A stretch of 64,000 nucleotides of DNA from Blastocatellia bacterium (GTDB taxonomy: Bacteria; Acidobacteriota; Blastocatellia; UBA7656). The notes under the pieces were generated by a model that was given only the letters and a program-made list of their open reading frames with translations, was not told the origin of the DNA and did not search any database. Numbering within the stretch: position 1 is the first letter of the stretch; each line of letters opens with the position of its first letter. The translations under genes were made by a program, and so were the position numbers. Shown piece after piece: positions 39,262 through 48,312 of the stretch. The stretch is taken from the NCBI GenBank assembly GCA_963765495.1, contig CAVXWP010000005.1, forward strand, positions 158,531 through 222,530, written 5' to 3'.

Positions 39262-41019
39262 ATGAGTAACATCATCGGTATTGATTTCGGGACTACAAAG
39301 ACCATAGCTGCTTTTATGAAGGATGGTTCTCCAGTAGTAATCACTGATCGCCGAGGGCGGAATAGTATTCCTTCGTTACTACTACTTACACCAGAGACGG
39401 AATCATCTGCATTCATCGGATGGGAAGCCAAAGAGCATCATAACCGCTATGATATTGATCATTTAACCATTAGCTCTATAAAGCGTTCATTAGGCAAAGG
39501 GCAGCGGCACCGATGGAACTGGCTTTACGAACACCCGCAGACAATTGCCGGATTGATACTCGCTCGATTAAAGCTTGAGGTTGAACATGAGTTGGGCGAG
39601 AAAATTAAACAAGCCGTTATTGCGATTCCAGCGAATTATAACATAAATCAGCGTTGGGCGATTAAGCAGGCTGCCGAACTTGCCGGGCTAGAGGTAGTCA
39701 GGCTACTCAATGAGGCAACCGCCGCCGCCCTTTATTATCAATTCCAGCATTTGAATGAAGAGAGGTTGATACTGATTTTCGATTTAGGCGGTGGCACGTT
39801 AGATGTGTCGATTGTCGAAATTGGGACGGGTACTTGCGAGGTTAGGGCAACTGCTGGGGATGGTCAATTGGGTGGTGATGATTTTGACCAAGTGTTGACG
39901 AACTACATATTTCAAACGGCTTTTACAGAAATTGATGACCTCAGACCGCTTGAACTGTTTCAGCAATTAGTCTTAAAAGAAGCTGTGACCAGAGCAAAGA
40001 TTGAATTAAGTTCGGCACAATCGAGTCAAATCTATCTACCTAGTTTTATACAGCGAGCCTCAAATCCACCGAAGAATCTGGATATCACCATACAGCGCGA
40101 GACATTTAATGAGTTAACGCAAAGCTTGCTAATGCGGACTGAAAAGGTAATAAAGGAAGCGTTGAAATCGGTTGGTGCTGCAAGTCTGGATGCCGCTTTG
40201 ATGATTGGCGGCGGAAGCCGTAACCCTGCGGTGCGCGAACTTGTTCGTAACGCCGTTGGGTTACAACCATTTGTTGGAGTTGATCCTGAAACCTGCGTCG
40301 CTCAAGGGGCAGCGGTGCAAGCGGGTATTCTTAATGGTAAAACAAGAGACCTTTTGTTACTGGATATAATACCGCATTCACTGTCCGTGGAAACCGAAGG
40401 TGGCACGGCCAGCACATTACTTAAGAAAGACACGACTATTCCAACTCGCCAGAGCAAGATCTTCACTACCGTTAAGAATAACCAATATAAAATCGAAGTC
40501 AGTATTTATGAGGGGGAACATAGCATGGCAAAGGACAATACCTTCATAGGAAGCATCACCTTAGACGGAATCAAACCCGCACAACGCGGTCAAACAGAGA
40601 TAGAAGTCACATTCGACATTGATGCAAATGGAATTCTTGAGGTAGAGGCAAAAGATTTGTCTACTGGCAAGAAAGTCAGTACGAATTTTGATGCTCCTTT
40701 CCGTCTTACGTCAAAGGAACTTGTGAGGAGCAAGGAATTCATGGCTCAAATTATCTCCAAGATAGCCGTCCAACTTTCATACGAGGAAGAGGTAATTCGT
40801 ATCGAGAATCTCAAGCGAACTGCAGTAATTTGGAAGCAGAATATTGAAGAGTCAATTGAATCACACAGAGAGAATTTCACTGATAGTGAATTATCAATAC
40901 TGCATTCAGGTCTGCAATTACTCCTAGATTATGCTGAACAAGGTATATCTTCAGAAGAATTAGGGAAAATCTATACCGGTCTTAAACAACAAATTGATAT
41001 CTTCATGACAGAAACTTGA
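39262..41019 (+). CDS. Hsp70 family protein B (DnaK/HscC-like)
   Basis: GIDFGTTKT, NEATAAA, DLGGGTLD, linker DLLLLDIIP, IEVTFDIDANGIL. Confidence 0.93.
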   Translation: MSNIIGIDFGTTKTIAAFMKDGSPVVITDRRGRNSIPSLLLLTPETESSAFIGWEAKEHHNRYDIDHLTISSIKRSLGKGQRHRWNWLYEHPQTIAGLILARLKLEVEHELGEKIKQAVIAIPANYNINQRWAIKQAAELAGLEVVRLLNEATAAALYYQFQHLNEERLILIFDLGGGTLDVSIVEIGTGTCEVRATAGDGQLGGDDFDQVLTNYIFQTAFTEIDDLRPLELFQQLVLKEAVTRAKIELSSAQSSQIYLPSFIQRASNPPKNLDITIQRETFNELTQSLLMRTEKVIKEALKSVGAASLDAALMIGGGSRNPAVRELVRNAVGLQPFVGVDPETCVAQGAAVQAGILNGKTRDLLLLDIIPHSLSVETEGGTASTLLKKDTTIPTRQSKIFTTVKNNQYKIEVSIYEGEHSMAKDNTFIGSITLDGIKPAQRGQTEIEVTFDIDANGILEVEAKDLSTGKKVSTNFDAPFRLTSKELVRSKEFMAQIISKIAVQLSYEEEVIRIENLKRTAVIWKQNIEESIESHRENFTDSELSILHSGLQLLLDYAEQGISSEELGKIYTGLKQQIDIFMTET

Positions 41020-41115
41020 AAGCTTGGCAATTGCAACAAACTAAATCGAACGAGTGTCGTGGCATATACAATACCAAGCCTAACTTCAGGTGCTACCATC
41101 CTCCGAGTTCATTTC

Positions 41116-42340
41116 TGGATCTTCCCCCATTGAGTGGAGATAAAGTTAAGTCACTGTTGCCTACGCGTTAGTTTCAGCACTCCTTGTCTGAACCTTTCTT
41201 CATACTCTGCCGGAGATAGATACTCTGTTGCTGAATGTATCCTCTCCCGATTGTAATACACTTCGATATACTCGAAGATGCTGTCTCGTGCTTCTTCTCT
41301 GGTCAGGTATCTCTCATTATGCACCAGTTCTACCTTTAAGCCAGAGAAGAAACTCTCTGCCACTGCATTGTCCCAACAATTTCCTCTTCGGCTCATACTC
41401 TGCTGGCAGTTGTATTTCGATAGATGCTCTCTAAAGGCAGCACTGGCATAAGGCAGCCACCACCAGTTCTGTCGTGATCCGCTCACTCATCGACCACCCA
41501 ACTACCATCCTTGAATGCAGATCAACGAAGACGGCCAGGTAGAGCCATCCTTCAAGCGTCCAGATGTATGTTATATCACTCACCCACACACAATCCGTGT
41601 GATTGACCTTAAAGGCTCGCCCCAGAAGATTGTCTGCCACCGGGAGTTTGTGGCGCGAATCCGTAGTCTGCTTAAACTTCTTCACACGCTTGGATTTAAT
41701 TGAGTTTTCTCGCATTAGGCGCTCTACTCGCTTGTGGTTACAGTTTTCACCTTCCTCTCTGAGTTGACGATAAATCTTAGGGCTTCCATAGTTTTGGCGG
41801 CTCTGCTTATGGATAGATTGAATCTTCTCCAAGAGTCTGAGGTTCCGCTTCGCCCTCTGGCTTATTTCACGCCTGCAAAAGCGATAATAACCCGATATGC
41901 TCACCTCTAAAACGCGGCACATTGCAGTGATGGAAAACTCCTGTTTCTGCTCTCTTATAAAGGCGTACTTTACCTGAGGTGAGAGGCAAAGTAGGCCGCC
42001 GCTTTTTTTAGTATCTGGTTCTCCTCTTCCAGTCGCTTGAGTCTTTGCTGCAACTCAAAGACCTCCTGTTGGTGAGGCGAACGATTACCATTGCCCCTAA
42101 AAGCATCCTTACCTTCCTTGCGTGCGGAAGAGACCCAGCGAGAAAGGCTCCAGTAAGGTATGCCGAGGCTTGTAGAAGCATCAGACAGGGATCGACCCTG
42201 CTCAGTGACGAGCCGAACCGCGCCTTCCTTAAATTCTTTCGAGTAAGTTTTTCTCTGTTTCATAGTACCTCCTATTATGTCAAAGGTTGCGTTGGAGGCA
42301 TATGACTTAACTCCCCCTCTACTCTACGGGGGAAGGTTCA
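41116..42340 (-). mobile_element. IS3 family element, inactive (orfB internal deletion)
   Basis: TG..CA ends with IR TGGATCTTCCCCC/GGGGGAAGGTTCA, 4-bp TSD TTTC, orfA 42263-41970, A7G slip site, orfB WVSDITY and GNCWDNAVAESFF in different frames. Confidence 0.9.
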
Positions 42341-42619
42341 TTTCTGCTTCTCAATCGCCGAGAGAACTACAGCACGAGGCTCTGATTCTGATGCCGATTG
42401 GTACCGCTTATACACCTGAGCAGATTGATGAGCGTAATTGCTGAGCCCTCCGCCGCCATCAATAGCCTGAAAGTTCTTAATCCGCATCTCAAAACTTGCC
42501 AGGCGGATTCCCAGGGTTTTGGCAAGCTCGGCCTTGGAACGTGCGATTCTCTCGTGACCAAACCTGTATACATAAAAGGCTGCTATATCATCTGTCTCTG
42601 TCCATTTGTGATTACTCAT
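42338..42619 (-). CDS. Small hypothetical protein resembling the N-terminal domain of some HNH restriction nucleases
   Basis: KWTETDDIAAFYVY...SFEMRIKNFQAIDG..GLSN pattern; AAGGTG RBS; follows brxL. Confidence 0.55.
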   Translation of the reverse strand: MSNHKWTETDDIAAFYVYRFGHERIARSKAELAKTLGIRLASFEMRIKNFQAIDGGGGLSNYAHQSAQVYKRYQSASESEPRAVVLSAIEKQK

Positions 42620-42730
42620 CGATCACCTTAAGCTTCTGATTAGATTGCGGCGAAAACCAAAGCAATGTGCGGCACAGCATATCATCTGTACCACGCAGCA
42701 GCTTCGCAAGTCACGTATAACAGTTAGAAA

Positions 42731-44770
42731 TTATTCTACCCCTAAAGCCTTGAAAACTGCATCAATCGGGTCTGCGTAGAAACTGATTTGAAACTTGGCG
42801 AAGAGTTCGCCGGGTACAGTGGGAATATCGCCGACGCTGCTCATCGGTATGAGAATTCGTTTCGCACCGCCATCAAACGCCAATTGCAAAGTTTCAGCCA
42901 AATTCTCGACCGGGACAATGCTCCCTCCTAAGCTCATATCGCCCAGAGCAACCATCTGACTTTGTAAAGGTTTCCCCAGAAGCCCTGAACACAATGCAAT
43001 AAAACTGGCGAGAGTCATAACAGATGCAGGACCCGTATTGTGCAATTCAACAGTGTGAACGTGATAGTCAAAATCGAGAGCCTTTGCCGACGCGCTCACT
43101 CTTGAGACATTCGCTTTAAAATAATCGAATGCTACCCTGATAGGCTCTTTCGCTTTTTGGCTCGAATCAACGCCGGAGATTGATAACTTTCCACCACCCG
43201 CTATTACCTGCAACTCCAAGCGATACAGGCCAAGAAAACCATTATTTCCTGTCGCGACCGTATGGAGTGTTCCCGGATTCAACTGCCCTTCGGGGATTAA
43301 AGAACCGCCGCCTTGTTCGGGTACGGCGACAAAGTTTTCTTTCAAACTATCGTTTTCAATGTAGCTGAAATGAACATCGTAGAATTCCATTCCACCTATC
43401 TTCTTCAATTGTTCTTTCACACGGCGTCGGGTCTCTAAAGCATACTCAAGACACTGCTGCACTGCTTCTTTGCCGAAATCTCCATTGGGGTATAAGAGTT
43501 TCAATAAGCCCGATACAGTCCTACGAACAGCAATCGTGTCTCGTTGGTTCAGGTTGTTGCCAAGTTTGAAATACTTATCTAATGCATCAGAGAAGCTTCG
43601 TCTTCTCATCTCGCGCAAGAACTCCGCAAGATAGTCAACGATGAAGCCGTATTGATTAGTGAAGAACTCAGGGCGCATTTTGGGGATTTCCCAACCGGGA
43701 ATGTAGCAGTGCATTCTGTCGAAGAAAGCTGAATCAATCATATCATCAGGGAAAGGCGCAAACAGATGGCTTGTCTTCACCATTGTATCAACGCTCTGAT
43801 TGATATTGCCGATAAAGACCATCGCGGCATTGGCATTGATGGAATCGCGTCCTCTTGAAAAAGAGCCTGATGCCATAAAATCCTTCATTATCTGAATGCC
43901 ATCTTTGTCCTTGAAAGAGATCCCTGCAACTTCATCAAACGCCACAATGTCCCACAGCCCAACTAATCCGACTTTGTGTGTACTCATATTATAGAAAAGG
44001 TTCGGCACGGTGGTTTGCCCGCCCGATACGAGAATGCTATTCGGACTGATCTCTTTGTAGAGATGGCTCTTTCCTGTGCCTCGTGGCCCAAGCTCGCAGA
44101 CGTTGTAGTTATTCTCAACGAAGGGAATCATTCGGGCTATGAGGTGCCACTTCACCCGCTCATTAAAAGCCGTTGGCTCCATTCCTGTCGACCGTAGCAA
44201 GACATCCATCCATTGCTTTTCAGTAAATGCCCTACGTCCTTCAAAAAGGGCTTCCATATCCATATTGGGCATCTGAATCGGCTTCAGCTCGGTTATGATA
44301 AATGGCGAACCTTTTTGATTCTCTTCGTAAAAATAATCCATCGAGATAATGCACCAGATGCCGCCAACTAAAAGCTTCTCGTACTTCTTAACCACCTCAT
44401 CTGATATTTCGGCGTTCTTCACGCCCAAGTTCGACAGTAGCGCCTCGTAGACATCTCGCTTCTCATTCAGCTTGACGGTCACCTTGTCTATAAGCTTATA
44501 GCTGCCGCGCTCTCTGATCTTCGATTTAATCTTTTCCGCTTCATCCGGTCGAACGAAATTTTCAGCAAGTATGTCTTTGACTCTCTGCAAACCTTCCTGC
44601 ATCACCTTTTCATCATCCGAAGCGCAGTACATACCAAGCAGATACTCAAGCACATAGACAGGCACGTTTGCGCCTTCCTTGACCAACTTCGTCAGGTCTT
44701 TGCGTACGACTCTGCCCGCGAAATGCTGATTTAACAGAATATCTAAATTTATGTGGCTTTCGTTCTCCAT
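42731..44770 (-). CDS. brxL: BREX Lon-like AAA+ protein BrxL
   Basis: GRVVRKDL, NVPVYVLEYLLGMYC, ELGPRGTGKS, FDEVAG, Lon-like C-terminus. Confidence 0.96.
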   Translation of the reverse strand: MENESHINLDILLNQHFAGRVVRKDLTKLVKEGANVPVYVLEYLLGMYCASDDEKVMQEGLQRVKDILAENFVRPDEAEKIKSKIRERGSYKLIDKVTVKLNEKRDVYEALLSNLGVKNAEISDEVVKKYEKLLVGGIWCIISMDYFYEENQKGSPFIITELKPIQMPNMDMEALFEGRRAFTEKQWMDVLLRSTGMEPTAFNERVKWHLIARMIPFVENNYNVCELGPRGTGKSHLYKEISPNSILVSGGQTTVPNLFYNMSTHKVGLVGLWDIVAFDEVAGISFKDKDGIQIMKDFMASGSFSRGRDSINANAAMVFIGNINQSVDTMVKTSHLFAPFPDDMIDSAFFDRMHCYIPGWEIPKMRPEFFTNQYGFIVDYLAEFLREMRRRSFSDALDKYFKLGNNLNQRDTIAVRRTVSGLLKLLYPNGDFGKEAVQQCLEYALETRRRVKEQLKKIGGMEFYDVHFSYIENDSLKENFVAVPEQGGGSLIPEGQLNPGTLHTVATGNNGFLGLYRLELQVIAGGGKLSISGVDSSQKAKEPIRVAFDYFKANVSRVSASAKALDFDYHVHTVELHNTGPASVMTLASFIALCSGLLGKPLQSQMVALGDMSLGGSIVPVENLAETLQLAFDGGAKRILIPMSSVGDIPTVPGELFAKFQISFYADPIDAVFKALGVE

Positions 44771-44782
44771 ATTGTTTTGTCG

Positions 44783-47404
44783 TTAAAAGTCATTCGTAAA
44801 GGCCAGATCAATAGTTATGGGGTAGCGCTCGTACTCGATCTTCGTGTCGGCATCGCGCAACACTAGCGCATACTCGAATGTTTTATCATACTGTCCCGTC
44901 TTGATGACCAGTTGCGATACTTGTTTTCGGTCCTCCAATGATTGAGACGCGCTATCGAAAGTGATGGTCTCTTCATTGCTTATCAACTCTCCGCCTTTTC
45001 GCAAAGAAATGAGCAAGATTCTCGGCTGTACGCGGTCACTTACTGGTTCAGTTTGAATGAACTCAAAACGCTGCACATTATTAGAGACTCTACGATTAGA
45101 ACCAAGGAGTGAAACACTCACTTTGCGAACAACAGACTTCTCAGCCTCTAGCCCTTTCAACTCTTTAACCTGCACTATAGGAACGACAATCTCTTGCAAC
45201 ATCGCGCCGCCGTGAATGAACCGCGCGCCGCCTGTGAAGTGAAAACGATTTGCGCCCTTTGGAATCCAGAACTCCATTTCGGTTTCCGTATTCGCTGTTA
45301 TTCGCGTGTTGCTGTGCCAGACGTTGATCTCTTTGCCCAGGTTATCGCCAATCAAATAACGCTTCTTCGCTCGAAGCGTACCGCTTGGCTTGCTAGCAAG
45401 TCCGCTCCGGTCAGGCAGTCTAGGCGAAACCTCTTGATACAGAAATCCGTGGTCTGCTGTTATCAGCACATTGCTGCCGTTCAACTTGTTGATGATGTGC
45501 CGCACAAGCGCAGAGAGTTCATTGATTGCCACTCGGACGGCACTGAAGGTCTGCGACTCGGTTGATGCAGTATCGCCAATCGCATCTACCTGATTGTGGT
45601 AGATATAAATTACCCGATAATTCTTAACGAACTCCCGCCCTTCGTCGCGGCTCATCGCTATCAAGTCCTCGACTTTAATCGCTGTTCCTTGAACTTTCCC
45701 CAGCGCTTTGGCGCGTTCAATGAACGAAGAGACAACTTGACCGTCAGCCATCAAATCGAGATTGCTCGTGTGTTTGTAATCCAGCTTGTCGTGCGGCAGA
45801 AGCGAAGCCATCCCAAGCGCAGTGTAGCTGGGCAGCACTCCCAAGTGCGTGTTGAGCCGGGCTTGCAAACGGTTCTTCCCGTTTATCTCTCGCGCCAATT
45901 CCTCAGCCGCTTCAAAACGAAAAGCGTCGCTGATGATGACATAAGCCTTGCTGTGCGGCGATAAATCAAGAATCGGTTGAACGAATTTCTTATAAAAATC
46001 CTGCTGGTTGGGAATCTCTTTTAACTTCCATTGCCGAATTAAGCCTTGATGGTTTGCGTCTTCAATGAAAATACTCCACGCGGCGGCAAGCTGATCAATG
46101 AACCAGCCGCTATAACAATCCTCAACCACATCGCGCAATACCTTGAGTACATCCCAGCCTTGCAATTCGACTTTATCCGCCGCTTCGTGAAACAGACGAT
46201 AAAACTGGTCGAATCTGAACAACTCTTCGATGTATGCCGCATACATCGCTTCCGCGCTCGCATAGCTCAACCCGTTTGCATACTTGTTTCTCAATGCTAG
46301 CAAATCAGCAGCCGCTTCAATCGCGTCATACACGCTTCGATAATGGCTGCCCGACTCTGCATCCGAAGAAGCCCTAGCCCAATAGCCATCACGCCGTTTT
46401 TTGATAACCTCTTTTACTTGTTCGAACTCTTCCGTCTTGTTGATAATAACCTTGTCGCGCAGATTGCGAATGATCTGTTTCTCCACGGCTTCAAAGGTCA
46501 TCACTTCAAGTAACGCAGACTCGTCAAAGTCGCGCAGGTGGGCTTCAAGTTTCATTTCGTCTTCGATATGTCTTGCAACCGAGTCATAGCTGACGTGATG
46601 TGTGATATTCAATCGCCAGTGCGATAGAAAGACCGAAGCGTTTACCGATTGCGTATTGGCAGAAAGCAAAAAATGGCGCATTGATTGCGGCAAGCCGCCG
46701 TTGAAATACCTGGCGAAGTCGGCAATCAGCAGGCGAATCAATAAGTCTCTGAGGTTCGGTTCCTGCTCTGCGTACGCGAATTCATTCTTCGCCAAATCCC
46801 AGAAGGTTTCTGCGATCCCGAACTTTTCAACATCGCTCCAACTCTTCGGCGGCGCGCTCAAATCGCACTCGCCTTTGTCACAATATTCGCCAAAGAGTTT
46901 CATCAAAATCTCAAAGAAAGTCGGCTGGTCTGCGCGTACCAGCACGGCGAGCATCTTCATATCCAGATCGCGCTCAGCATCACTCGTGTGAACGAATCTT
47001 TTGAGGCGGTTCAAACGGTCTTTGCTGGCGAAAAACTGCTTGCGCTTATCGATGTGAAAGCGTAATGCCTGATGCGTCAGCCCGAGTTCATCCAGAACCA
47101 TTGAAGCCGAGTCCGCATGAAAGATGCGGCTGTAGAGTTGAATATCGAGTAACCAGTTCTTTCCAATTGCAGGCTCGGCAAACGGCGCATAGAGCAGATA
47201 GCGCGATTCCAGGTCTTCGATTTCTAGTTGAATCTTTAATGCCAGATCGCCGATTTCATTTCTGCGGATGATCTTTACTTCGGGCAAGTCGAGCGCGGCA
47301 AGATCGCTTTCAAACTCTCTGCTATCGTCGTACCAGAAGACGATGCGATGCCCTTCTGTCTCGTAGATGCCGCGCAAACTCTCTGTCAGCTTCGCAGGGT
47401 TCAT
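44783..47404 (-). CDS. pglZ: BREX-1 PglZ (BrxZ) alkaline phosphatase-fold protein
   Basis: RIVFWYD, IISDAFRFE, LPSYTALGMASLLPH, TADHGF, FIHGGAMLQE. Confidence 0.96.
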   Translation of the reverse strand: MNPAKLTESLRGIYETEGHRIVFWYDDSREFESDLAALDLPEVKIIRRNEIGDLALKIQLEIEDLESRYLLYAPFAEPAIGKNWLLDIQLYSRIFHADSASMVLDELGLTHQALRFHIDKRKQFFASKDRLNRLKRFVHTSDAERDLDMKMLAVLVRADQPTFFEILMKLFGEYCDKGECDLSAPPKSWSDVEKFGIAETFWDLAKNEFAYAEQEPNLRDLLIRLLIADFARYFNGGLPQSMRHFLLSANTQSVNASVFLSHWRLNITHHVSYDSVARHIEDEMKLEAHLRDFDESALLEVMTFEAVEKQIIRNLRDKVIINKTEEFEQVKEVIKKRRDGYWARASSDAESGSHYRSVYDAIEAAADLLALRNKYANGLSYASAEAMYAAYIEELFRFDQFYRLFHEAADKVELQGWDVLKVLRDVVEDCYSGWFIDQLAAAWSIFIEDANHQGLIRQWKLKEIPNQQDFYKKFVQPILDLSPHSKAYVIISDAFRFEAAEELAREINGKNRLQARLNTHLGVLPSYTALGMASLLPHDKLDYKHTSNLDLMADGQVVSSFIERAKALGKVQGTAIKVEDLIAMSRDEGREFVKNYRVIYIYHNQVDAIGDTASTESQTFSAVRVAINELSALVRHIINKLNGSNVLITADHGFLYQEVSPRLPDRSGLASKPSGTLRAKKRYLIGDNLGKEINVWHSNTRITANTETEMEFWIPKGANRFHFTGGARFIHGGAMLQEIVVPIVQVKELKGLEAEKSVVRKVSVSLLGSNRRVSNNVQRFEFIQTEPVSDRVQPRILLISLRKGGELISNEETITFDSASQSLEDRKQVSQLVIKTGQYDKTFEYALVLRDADTKIEYERYPITIDLAFTNDF

Positions 47405-47409
47405 TAAGG

Positions 47410-48270
47410 CTATGGCCTCCTATAGGCTGGATGGTTTGAAATAGATAGCTGGGCAAGCCTCTCAAGAAGCTTGTAATAGTGCTCATATACTTTTACTGCT
47501 ACGCTGAATAAATCTAAGAATTGCCAGTCTGCCTCAAGCAAAGGCTTATAATAAGGGTAGATCTCTCTATAATCTACTGATAGGGGCATCCGGTGTTCTA
47601 AGGCATGCCTATATTCCCAAAAGGCTTCCATTTCTGGAAATACATCACGCCTCATCTCATTCACAATCTCTTCGAGTTCTCTATATTCTGGGTCAGGCAT
47701 TGCTGATAAAACTGCATTCTTTCCACGATCTTCAACTCCAGCTTTTATATTTTTAAGGGTTAATTGCCGTTCCCACTCTTTCCGTGTTGTTTTTATAGAA
47801 TCAAACGATCTGTCAGCAGCTTCAAATATCAACCTAGCAATTAAATCCTCTAATTTCTTTATAGCTTTGAGTGCTCCGTGAAACTCATCCATCATTCTAA
47901 AGTGAATTATTCTTAGAATCTGTTGGGGTCGCTCTGTATCTAAGTAGTACTTCTCTACCTCTTTGTATCCACGCGCCCTTAACAATTTCGTTCGAGCATC
48001 ACCAAGCATATTGCCCATCTCAAACCAAATCCAAAATTCTTCAGATTCCTTAAATTCTCTGTAATTTGTTAGTGGAGAAAAATCAAGAATGTCAGGTAGG
48101 AATTTATACCAGATGGACTCAATTCTAGTTTCAATCTCTAAATGAAGCGGAATCCATTGATCATTTGTAACGGCTTCTCCTGTATCTGCCATCTCGACAG
48201 AAAACTCATTGGTTGCCTTTATTTCACCGTCTTTTTCTTGCTCAATTTTAACTCGCGCTATTTCAGCCAT
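47410..48270 (-). CDS. Putative HEPN-domain protein (Cthe_2314-like) inside BREX
   Basis: AT-rich helical ORF with Rx4H motif YRHALEHR; AAAGGAG RBS; 5 bp from pglZ start. Confidence 0.6.
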   Translation of the reverse strand: MAEIARVKIEQEKDGEIKATNEFSVEMADTGEAVTNDQWIPLHLEIETRIESIWYKFLPDILDFSPLTNYREFKESEEFWIWFEMGNMLGDARTKLLRARGYKEVEKYYLDTERPQQILRIIHFRMMDEFHGALKAIKKLEDLIARLIFEAADRSFDSIKTTRKEWERQLTLKNIKAGVEDRGKNAVLSAMPDPEYRELEEIVNEMRRDVFPEMEAFWEYRHALEHRMPLSVDYREIYPYYKPLLEADWQFLDLFSVAVKVYEHYYKLLERLAQLSISNHPAYRRP

Positions 48271-48312
48271 ACTTTCTCCTTTTGAAGTAAGATGAGCGGA
48301 CTTAACCGCGAA

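Noticed and set aside
39262-41019. Housekeeping dnaK
   Set aside because: Divergent motifs (GTTKT, PANYN), short C-terminus, no hrcA or canonical dnaJ, and located in a mobile island
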